11,632 nt of DNA from Piromyces finnis finn (GCA_002104945.1 MCFH01000230.1:1-11632); one strand, 5' to 3'; numbered from the stretch's first letter, positions 1-9,696 are shown. A program made the numbers and translations. The notes: generated by a model from the sequence alone, not told the origin.

Positions 1-390
1 TTGTAAAAAAAAATATAAAATATTTATAAATTTAATTAGTAATACTATTAAATTAATTTTATTAAATAAATATGAATATACCTATATAATGAAAAAAAAC
101 TATCTAAATTTTTATAAATATGAATATGTAACTAATATAATTTTAATATATTCTATTATTTAAATTATAAAAGATTATCTAGATATAACCGATTTTTCTA
201 TCACTACTACTATAGTATTTATCTAAAATCAAAAATTGCTTATTACTATTAAATATGAAAATTTTTAAATTCTATGTTAACTAAAATAAAAAGTATATTT
301 AATGTTAAACTAATTTTCTTTTATGAAATTTGTTTATTTTACTATTATAGTTGATGATAATATCAAATTATAAGTTTTTCTATGTATTAT

Positions 391-396
391 CAATTA

Positions 397-403
<7 letters not shown>
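391..403. repeat. Left target-site duplication CAATTATAAAATT
   Basis: Exact 13-bp direct repeat of 969-981, abutting the poly(T) run; the last two T overlap that run. Confidence 0.85.
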
Positions 404-437
<34 letters not shown>

Positions 438-969
438 TTCCGAGTGCATTTCTCCCATCGATCAGAGTTAGCTCCAATGGTGGTTCTTAGAGAAACGTTG
501 GCTCATTCCTATTGCTAGGTGGTTGTGACCCTCCTGGTCTGTCATACTGTTTCTTCAGCTTCGACGCTCACTTAATCCATGTACATTAGATGCATGTCGT
601 TGTACGATATTTCACAACTACAATGCTAAGCCTCTTATAGTCAATTTGATCACGTGTCAACCGCCCCTAATGTTTACACTTAAATTGATTAAGGAATATT
701 ATGTGTTTTTGGCATAGCCTAAGTCACCATTATTAAGTTCTAATTTGGAATGTACCATGTACACTAGACCCTCTCAGGCCGGCTAGACGAGTGTTATTAT
801 CATAGTAGTAAATTAGAAAGTTCATTTATACTTTACCTGAATATCATAAACCCAACCCATGGCAAAACCCAGTGGGAAAATCCACAGGCACTGACATCTG
901 CGGGGTCGAACCAGAAGCCTTATGTATGCTAAGGAAACGCCTTAACAACCAGATAAAAACTGGAACGAC
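404..969 (-). mobile_element. tRNA-derived SINE-like non-autonomous retroposon, apparently full length, with poly(A) tail and TSD
   Basis: GC island (hand count about 218/530, 41%) in very AT-rich flanks. The minus strand starts with a tRNA-like head carrying B box GGTTCGACCCC and ends ...GCACTCGGAAGTT followed by A33 (T run 402-434 on the plus strand). It is flanked by the identical 13-mer CAATTATAAAATT at 391-403 and 969-981. No long ORF was seen. Confidence 0.85.
893..969 (-). ncRNA. Degenerate tRNA-Ala(AGC)-derived SINE head with internal Pol III promoter; not a functional tRNA
   Basis: The minus strand reads GGCG-TTTCC-TTAGCAT-ACATA-AGGCT-TCTGG-TTCGACC-CCGCA. This is colinear with eukaryotic tRNA-Ala(AGC) as recalled for yeast (CTCCC-TTAGCAT-GGGAG-AGGTC-TCCGG-TTCGATT-CCGGA): identical 7-nt anticodon loop and exact 5+5+5 spacing to the T loop. 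The anticodon and acceptor stems no longer pair well. Confidence 0.7.
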
Positions 970-981
970 AATTATAAAATT
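969..981. repeat. Right target-site duplication CAATTATAAAATT
   Basis: Exact copy of 391-403 immediately outside the tRNA-like head. The C at 969 could instead be the first G of the element, giving a 12-bp TSD. Confidence 0.85.
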
Positions 982-1877
982 CTTCTAAACTTTAAATTGA
1001 AAATTAGCTTCAACAATAAAAATAGTTATAAAATTGTTACAGAAGAAAAAGAAAAAAAAAAGATAAATAACTTTTGCTAATAATATGCCAACAATTTCTA
1101 TTTATGATATGTTATCCTTTATAATTATATCCGATGGCTTTATTTTTTTTTAATTATATTTAATTGTAAATTGTTTTCTATTATTAAAATGAACTTTATT
1201 AAAATAACTAGAATGAAAAAATTATTTACTGTAATATTTGTAATTATTGATATAATAACGATTTGAATAGATAGATTGAATTATAATAAAATAAAATAAT
1301 AATTACTTTTTATTAAAAGTATACTATATATTTTCTTTTATTGTTAATATTATTAAATATGATGTAAATAAAAAAATATTTTTTTTTAATATTTCTTGAT
1401 CAGTTTATTTATCCCTTTGTTACTCTATATATTCTTTTTCTAAAATCATAATAATAATATTATTAAATAAAATATATATATATATATATTTTAATAAATA
1501 TTTTCTTTTGATATTTTATGTTGAAAAAAGGAAAAAAAAAAAAATTCTTATTATTTTTTTTATCTTTGGTGTTCTTTGCCTGACGATTGTTTTTTTTTTT
1601 TTTTACTACTTCGTTCAATTATTACTATATATTTATTTTATATATTCAATTTAATTTAATTTAACTAATATATGTTTATAACATGCAATTAATATATTTT
1701 CGAAGGTTCATTTTATCTAAATTCCATTTCATTAATACACGGACTTGTATAAAATCATTTTATTTATTAATAAAAAAAATTTGGTGGAAAAAAAGACCGA
1801 ATATTTAAATTTATTAAATAATAATTCCAATATTTAAATTTTCATTCTATTATTATTAATATTGGAGTGGACTATTA

Positions 1878-1903
1878 AATAATAATAATAATAATAATAA
1901 TAA
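1878..1903 (+). repeat. (AAT)n microsatellite
   Basis: About 8 tandem AAT units in intergenic DNA. Confidence 0.75.
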
Positions 1904-2256
1904 TTAATAAAACCTTTCATTAAAAAATAAAATGAACTTATTTTTAAACAAATAATAAAATATGGATTTCATTATATAATATTAAAAAATAGAGGATAAA
2001 AAAATGAAAATACCTTTTATCGTTTCACATTAAAAATAATTATATAAATAATTAAAAATAACCAAAATAGTTATATTAAATTTACAAATCAAATATTAAT
2101 TAAAAATTTTTCTGTATTTTAATTATATTTTCATAAATAATAATTTATTTAGCTTATGGTTGTAGGATTATGTTTTATCAACTAAAGAAAAAAAAAACAT
2201 TCCTAAAAGGTTTTAAAATATTTATACATAATATCAATTGTTTTTTAAAGAGTTAT

Positions 2257-3142
2257 TTACTTGCTTCCCTTAAAATTAATTGGGATTTTTTCATTAACAA
2301 GATGTTGCTTATCTATTAAAATTCAGAAATATATTATATATGAATAATTTAAAATAGTAGAAATGTAATAATTAATTAAATTACTTACCATAGGAAGTAA
2401 GAACTAAATACTTTTCACAGCAACAAAATTATCAAGTTCTGTAACTTGTTTCATATTCTTATCTAAAATGATTTTACTTTTTCCAGTTGGAATCATAGAG
2501 GTAGTAAAGTCATTAACCTTTTTAGGATAACACAATATATAATTAAATTATTAATTATTTTTGAATAATTCCATAGTCTTAATAATTGGAACTAATGTAT
2601 GAATATAAATATATACTTGTTCATCGTTGGATATTTTTGTTTAGTTAAAACAATCATTTCACCAGAATGATTCTTATTAGCATATTCAAAAAATGTAACC
2701 TTCTTTGCTGTAACACCATAATTGTCTACTTTATGAACGACTGGCTTACTCTTTGGCTTTTATAATATAGAGTGTGTATAAATAATAATATTTAATTATT
2801 TATATATATAATAGATAATAAATTTTAATGGAAATAATATTAAAATAAAATATTTACTCTTGGTTCAAATGAATTATCAATTAGTATGATTTCTACTTTT
2901 AGAACTAGTGTTACCATCATTAATGCATAAATCTTCTCTACCAGCTAAACCTCTTCCTTTTCCATTGGCATCAAATCTTTCCCTGTGGGAACCCTATTAA
3001 TAATATCAAATAAACTATTAAATTACTGGTACTTTGAAAATTCTACTTTTAATAATTTCTTATATATATATATATTTATTGAATATTAAGTATACTTCGA
3101 TGGATCAGTTAATCTTTCTGTGACAGATTGCTTTGGTGGCAT
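2257..3142 (-). CDS. Apicortin (partial p25alpha/TPPP domain plus doublecortin DCX domain), 5 exons, interrupted by single-base indels
   Basis: Exon 1 from ATG 3142: MPPKQSVTERLTDPSKYT. Exon 2 (2993-2858): GSHRERFDANGKGRGLAGREDLCINDGNTSSKSRNHT(I)DNSFEPR, containing the TPPP GxGxGxxGR motif. Exon 3 (2756-2617): PKSKPVVHKVDNYGVTAKKVTFFEYANKNHSGEMIVLTKQKYPTMNK. Exon 4 (2517-2389): LMTLLP..MIPTGKSKIILDKNMKQVTELDNFVA.EKYLVLTSY, DCX-like. Exon 5 (2312-2257): DKQHLVNEKIPINFKGSK*. Frame breaks occur at about 2881, 2499 and 2418, and the intron 1 donor is abnormal. Confidence 0.85.
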
Positions 3143-3907
3143 TTTATTATTACCAATATTAATTAGTTATTGATTTTATAATAAAAAAAAATTGAATTTG
3201 GAAAAAAAAATCTTTTTTTATATATATTTTAATATTTTATCAATATCTATCATTTTCTAAAGTATAAAGTTTTAAATATAAAAATAAAATTTCATCTTTG
3301 TTTCAATAAAGTTTATATAAATATAGATTTTTTTTTTTTTTTTAATCCCATTTGAACTTTATTATTATAATATTTATAACAATATATATTTTTATTTTAG
3401 TTATGGATATAAAACATATAAAGAGTATCGCCTAGTTGATTATGTATGGATAAAATAATAGATAATTATCATTAAAAATCATTTTTATTCAAAGTATTAA
3501 AGAAAAAATATCTATATAAATATTCAAATATGTTTATTAGGTTATGGTGAAGAAATAATATAGATAATTATAAATAAATATTAATGGAACTTATTAAAAA
3601 AAAACATATTTATTTATTATATAAATATCTTCATCAATTTATATATACGGATTATATATATATCTCAAATGAAAATAGTATTCTTTTTTTTTTTTTTTGT
3701 AATATTATGTAGGATTAAAAAAATGATGTTTTATAATTCTAAAGGGTTAAGTTTTTAAATAAATATAATCCAATTCATAATATAACATAACCACACACGT
3801 GAAATTACCATTATCATAAAATTATGAAAATAATTTATCATTCTATGATTAACTTAAAAATAATTTAAAGAAAAGTTTAATAATAATTTAATTTTAGAGG
3901 ATATAAT

Positions 3908-6015
3908 ATGGAAATCACAAAGAATACTACGGATAAAAAAGACTTAATAATAAAGAATTCTGAAAGAAATGTAAGAGTAGAGAAGAAAAAAATTGTTTTA
4001 GAAGAAGATGAATATATTGAAGGTTTAAGTAAGGTTATTAAGCGAGACTATTTTCCAGACAATGATAAAATGAAAATTCAAAATGAATTATTAGATGCAC
4101 TTCAAGAACAAGATTCGTTTAGAGCAAGGAATTTATCAAAGCAATTATTAAATTATGATGCTGATAAAAGTAAAGGTAATTTAACAAACGTTAATAATAA
4201 TATATAATATATATAGTATAATGGAGTATAATTGAATAATTTTATATTTAAATAAATATATAAACATTTTCAATTTATTATATGATAATTCATTTTCAAT
4301 TCATTGGCATGTGAAATTAGAAAATTTACAAAAAAACGAAAATGGAATAGATACGTCATTGTCAGTTGATGCTTATCAGAGTAAATATACAAGCGAAGAT
4401 AATGATTCTTTTAATGAAATTATAGCAAAAAATAATGAAATGAAGAAAATGAGAAATGAAAAACTTTATGGACAAGAAAAAACAAAATTATTAATGAGTA
4501 GTAATGCTCAAAATGCATCCGATGTTGGAAAAACAGTTGAAACTAAACAATTGAGACATGGAAATATAAAGTAAAAAAGTAATAATTTTAAATATAGGAT
4601 ATTAAAAGATTATTTAAATTAACAATATTTTATATTCACATTTCGTTATTTCTTATTGAATTTTTTATTATATGAAATTTCAAATCCTTGCATTTTTGTA
4701 ACCATTTAAAATTAATTCGAAATTAGACACAGAATACACTCATGTTTATCCCTGATAGTAATCATTTACTCAAGGAAAGTGAAGAAGTAAAACGTCAAGC
4801 ACCAAAACAAATTTCACATAGTAATACTCGTTTTGATACTACACCTTCTATACAGGAAATTAAAGAACAGGTATTCATTATATTCATTTATTGATATTTT
4901 GAAATTTAATTATTGTAATTAATTGGTTATTAATTAAATAAATGAATATAATTATAAAACTTTTAATACTTTTATTTAATAAAATAATTATGAAGGAACG
5001 TATAAAAACACAGGAAGTTTGGAAAACCATGATAAATTCAACCCCTGGCCTATTTAAAAATGGTAAAAAAAAAAAAATTTTTAAGAAATAATTATAAATA
5101 ATGTAAGAGAATTAAATTATTTATTAAAATTATTTTATTGTCAATTATTTCGTCTATAAAAAGAAATGTTAGAATTACAATCTGAAGGTACAGACGGTTA
5201 TAAAATGGTAGCTTCTACCCCATCACCCAATCCAAATAGAATTGATCAATCCGATATGTTTACTTGGGGTAGTATTGAAGGAACACCATTATTAATTAAT
5301 TCTGGTGGAGCTAGTAGTGGTAATGCTTTAGTAATCAGTGCATTATTTTAATTAAACAAGTATTATAGTTGTTGAGTTCATTTTTTAATTTTATATATAA
5401 AATATATTTGTATTTTTGTATAGGACCTGTATTCAAAATACCAGAAACTCCAAGAAGAGAATTAATAGGAATGAAACTTTCAGAAAAAGCATCTTCTAAT
5501 ATGAGAAAAAGATTAGGAAAAACGCCAAAGTCTTCTTTATCTCATTTAACACCAAAGCAACGTCTAACTTCACCTTTGCTTTCAAGAGCAAATGCACTTT
5601 CACCTGCTGCTAAAAATTTATTACAAAGAAGTCTTAAATCACCTGGTGGTAAGGCATTAATGAAAGGACTTTCTTCGGATTAATAAATTAAAGAAAAGTT
5701 ATAATAGTCCATTATTATGTATTGTATCATGTATCATTATTCTGTTTTATTCTGTTTTATTATAAGAAGTTTAAAATATCTTATTATGATGGTTTTCTAA
5801 TTATTTATTTATTTTAATATTTATATATACACCCTATTATTTATAGATATCACCATCCCTTCATCGTTCATCTAAATTATCTACAGGAATTGTTCGTAAA
5901 TCATCGTCTCTAAGAAAACAAGTCGCTACCCCATCAACGTCATCAATAATAAAAAAATACACCAAATCAATCATCATCATCATTAACTGATGATTTATTG
6001 AACTTTAAAGAATAA
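3908..6015 (+). CDS. ESS2: Splicing factor ESS2 / DGCR14 / Es2 nuclear protein, 7 exons, interrupted by single-base indels
   Basis: Es2 family motifs in order: VLEEDEYIEGLSKVIKRDYFPD; LSVDAYQSKYTSEDNDSFNEII; ETWKYK|TQNTLMFIPD; KQISHSNTRF; FTWGSIEGTPL; GPVFKIPETPRRE; C-terminal SLTDDLLNF. Exons: 3908-4175, 4321-4570, 4727-4870, 4996-5062, 5164-5319, 5424 to about 5723 (donor uncertain), 5847-6015. GT-AG phases match at the first five introns. Frame breaks occur at about 4550, 5680 and the A7 run at 5951-5957. Confidence 0.93.
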
Positions 6016-6332
6016 ACTAGGTTTATTAAAATTATAAAATTATCAACACTTTTCTATTCCATTAATCTATTTATTTAATTTGACATACTTGTAAAAATCT
6101 TGTAATTTCTTCCCATTATTTATTTAACATTATAAAAAAAAAAAAAAATAATAATCAATCCTCATAGTAAAATAAAAAATTCATTTAATCTAATCCTTTA
6201 ATCAGAAAAATTTTAGTGTTTTTTAATTATTAAATAAATTAAAATATTTAATTTCTTTTATTTTTTTTTTTAATTAAAATTATGATAATTAAAAATAAAA
6301 ATTCAAAAAATGTAAAACCTTTGGATTAATAG

Positions 6333-7036
6333 ATGTTATGTATTTATACAAATTGGGTCAATGTGGAATTCAATGTGGGCAAAGAAATAATACAAAAAAT
6401 AAACAAAAAGTAATATATAAAGGTGTTATAAAATGCGGTATTTAATATTTAAAAGTGTATTAATTTTTATTGTAAATTACATTATATAAATTAATATAAA
6501 GTAATGAATTAGGAAATTCAATAAAGGAATTTAGTCATAGATACAGAATCAAAAGTTATTAATAAATATAAAGTAAAAATAACAAAGAATATTATATAAA
6601 AAGTATTTTCAAATTGGAAAAGATGGTTCAGGAAATAATTGGTCTTTTGGATATTGTAAAGTTAATGAGAACTAATTCATTCGGTCATGGATAATTTTAA
6701 TCAACTTTTAGAGTCCATTGATTTACATAAAGGATTAAATGTAATTTCTTTATTTTTTAAAATAATAAATTAAAATATAGAGTGTTTTAAAATTTGATAA
6801 CAATTATACTATTGTCATTATGTAATATTATAATTAATTCAGTATATTAATTGAAAAAAAAAAAAAATAGATTGTTCATAGTATAGCAGGTGGAACTGGT
6901 TCAGGCATATTTTCAAAAATTATTGAGGAAATTAGAGATAGATATCCAAAATCTTGCATAAGTACATATTCGTATGTATTTAATAATGCTATAATTATAT
7001 TAATGGAAAATTTATTTCATATTATCAAACAAAATG

Positions 7037-7074
<38 letters not shown>

Positions 7075-8173
7075 TGGTATATAGCATTTTTCCATTTGAA
7101 TCTGGTGAAAATACATTACAATATTATAATTCTGTTTTTTCCTTGTCTTGGGTACAAAAATATTCAGATATTGCTTATTGTTTTCAAATAAAGAAATATT
7201 AGATATATTGTGTAAAGAAAAAAAGACAAAGAACTATTCTTTGAATGATATTAATGAATATATTTCTAATTGTGTTTCAAGCTTGTATCCCTATGGGAAT
7301 AAAATGTAATTTTTTATTATATTTTTTTTCTAAAAAATATAATATATAGGACATAATAAATAGTAGTAATAGTAGTAATAGTAATAGTAATAGTAATAAT
7401 ATATAATACATTATGAAATAATTATTAATACTCTATTATGCAACAATAATGTCACTAATTATTATTTATTAATAATAATAATGTATGATAAAATAATATT
7501 TTAGACAATATATAAATAACTGGGATATAATATATAATATATGTCCTATTCCATCAATGAAATTATTAAAGGTCTATTCAGATTCTTCACTGGATAACTT
7601 GGTAAAAAATATTCCAAGTAATTATAATAATAGCAAGTAAGAATTGATGAGTATAAATTATTTATTTATTATAATATATATAAAAAAGGTTAAAATTCCA
7701 TTATATTTATTATTAAAATTAACTACTATGGAAATTATCAAAAAGATTAATTAGTGGTAGATTAAATCTGGTTAGTAATGATGATATGGACGAAAGAACA
7801 TTAACTAAGCTATATAAGAAAATTGGAATTTTATCTAATCCGGAATGTCTTTCCATAAACTATTTAAGATCGAAATCAGTAAAAAAAAAGTTATAGTCAG
7901 CCTCGAATCAATTCATTAAAGGAAGATGAAAGTCGCCCATCACATTTACCTACTATAAATCCAAAATCCCGGATATCTTTACTTAAAAATTCAACAGATA
8001 TTCTTCCGTCTCTTAATTATTTTTTAAACAAGTCAATATATATGTATAAAAATGGAGCCTATTGGAATTATTTTAAAAAATATAATGATAATATTGATGA
8101 TTTATTTATAGAATCCTATAATACTTTGTATGATTGTAGAAACGCTTATATGGAATGGCACGATGATATATAA
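6333..8173 (+). CDS. Divergent delta/zeta-class tubulin (motifs lean zeta), multi-exon, with many frame breaks
   Basis: Tubulin motifs recoverable across frames: IQIGQCGIQ (about 6347-6375); IDTESKVIN (about 6537-6563); [10 protein letters not shown] (about 6625-6655); [26 protein letters not shown] (exon 6871-6971); [28 protein letters not shown] (exon from 7085); [18 protein letters not shown]; [18 protein letters not shown] (about 7521-7575); [37 protein letters not shown]...[20 protein letters not shown] (stop 8171-8173). The start codon and several exon borders are uncertain. Confidence 0.85.
7360..7398 (+). repeat. (AGT/AGTAAT)n microsatellite, Ser/Asn-coding if exonic, inside the tubulin gene
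   Basis: Sequence reads tagtagtaatagtagtaatagtaatagtaatagtaataat. Confidence 0.7.
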
Positions 8174-8386
8174 CCCTCTATTTTTTTGTTATTATTATAT
8201 ATATATTAATCGAAATTTTCAATACATTACTACTATTATTATTATCATCGTATTATTAAAATCAAACAATACTATATTTATTTAACACAAAAATTTATTA
8301 TTAATAATACCATTTATCTATTGCTATTATTATATATATTATAAATTTTATTATTATTTATCCAAAATTTTATTATTTTATTTTAT

Positions 8387-8426
<40 letters not shown>

Positions 8427-8493
8427 ACTATTATCAAAATTATTTTTAATAAAATAAAAAGTTTTAATGATAAAGAAATACAAATCTTATTTA

Positions 8494-9260
8494 CTATTCG
8501 TATAGTTCAAATAAAAATTGTAAAAACAATTTTAAATCTTTTTCTAATTCAATAGAATCAATTTTGATATTGGAATTAAAATAATTTTCCAAAGCTTCTA
8601 TACAGTTGGTTAATTTAATTTTAACTGTATCATCACTAATATAATTAAAGGGTAATAAATAGATGTAGAAAAAAAAAAAAAAGTAGCCTTAGTATAAATG
8701 CTAAAAATTATTTTAATCTATTTGAAAAAAAAAACAACAACTACATACCATGGTATTTTTTTATCTGTAATAGCATATTTTAAAACCATTAATTTTGTTG
8801 GTATATCGTATGATAAATAGGATTCATGAAAAATTTCTTCCAAAGTTTTTTCTAACAATAATTCACAGGCACATATCAATTGTAAACATATAAAAGAGTA
8901 ATTAGAATTACTATTTATGGAATTAGGTGATATAGATATATTTTTGGTTTTCTCTATGGAAAGGGTGTTTATATTAATTTTTCGATAGAGTATTTTTTTC
9001 CTTTTTTTAGAAGAATTTAAATCTTTCTTTTTTAAAGGTGTATTTGACACTATTCCATTATATTCCTTTTTTTTTCCCTATGAAACTATCTGAATTCTTT
9101 TGTTTGGATATTATTGAAGTAACATAGGATGTATAAATATTTTCTTTATTCTATTTATTATGTAATTTTAAATTATTATTTGTTATTAATATCATTAAAT
9201 ATTATATATATTTTAATATATTATATATAAATATATATATTTTTTAATTTATTAGTAATG

Positions 9261-9299
<39 letters not shown>

Positions 9300-9696
9300 T
9301 TATATTTTTAAAATATTTACGTTTAAAATTATCTCTAATCTTCATATTTCTAATGAATTTGAATGGAATTTATGTAAATGTTTTTGAAAAGCGATATGTG
9401 ATAAACTTCTTCCATTTTCGTTGGAACAATGAGCACAAATTATATCTCAACGATGATATACAATCAATTCCATTATCAGATACGGAACATTTATGTTTAA
9501 AATTATCTGGTTGGTCCCCATGAATAGGACAAAAACATTTTATATAATTATTTGCCGGGTAAATTTTTAATTAAAGGTTGAATAGATTCTGAAGTATAAT
9601 AATAAGAACCATTGGAATTATATTTTTAAAGTTGGAAACATTACTTAATAATGTATTATTGAAGTTTGAATAATTATTACTAAGCGTTTGAACCAT
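8494..9696 (-). CDS. Hypothetical protein with N-terminal Cys/His (C2H2-like) motifs, 3 exons, with frame breaks
   Basis: Putative ATG at 9696 (MVQTLSNNY). Exon 1 (9696-9321) contains KCFCPIHGDQ and CAHCSNENGRSLSHIAFQKHLHKFH in different frames. Exon 2 (9150-8749) includes the track ORF 8718-9050. Intron 8748-8636 (GTATGT..TAG) joins in frame to exon 3 (8635-8494): CDDTVKIKLTNCIEALENYF...LFLQFLFELYE*. No family was recognised. Confidence 0.6.

Noticed and set aside
462-482. Resemblance of ACCATTGGAGCTAACTCT to the RNase MRP/P CR-V motif
   Set aside because: No matching GAAAGTC/GGAA-type 5' P4 strand was found upstream, and the context is a retroposon tail.
468-545. 25-codon minus-strand ORF MTDQEGHNHLAIG... 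in the SINE tail
   Set aside because: Too short, with no recognisable motif; expected by chance.
548-560. CTGAAGA hammerhead-like core on the minus strand
   Set aside because: No stem II followed by GAAA with the correct geometry could be built.
623-630. Second CTTAGCAT copy suggesting a dimeric tRNA head
   Set aside because: No B box or stems follow it; an 8-mer match is weak.
893-969. Functional tRNA-Ala gene
   Set aside because: The anticodon stem (TTTCC/ACATA) does not pair, the acceptor and T stems have mismatches, and it is fused to a poly(A)-tailed body with a TSD.
1085-1153. Short plus-strand ORF MPTISIYDMLSF...
   Set aside because: Only 22 codons with intergenic-like composition and no homology cue.
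3088-3095. GTATACTT as a U12-type donor
   Set aside because: It deviates from GTATCCTT and no TCCTTAAC-type branch site lies near the acceptor.
3795-3800. CACGTG E-box in the divergent apicortin/ESS2 intergenic region
   Set aside because: A single hexamer with no supporting evidence.
5369-5423. N-terminus of the track ORF 5369-5683 (MLSSFFNFIY...)
   Set aside because: It lies within ESS2 intron 5 (5320-5423). The track ORFs at 3908, 4311, 5166 and 5369 are ESS2 exons with intron read-through, not separate genes.
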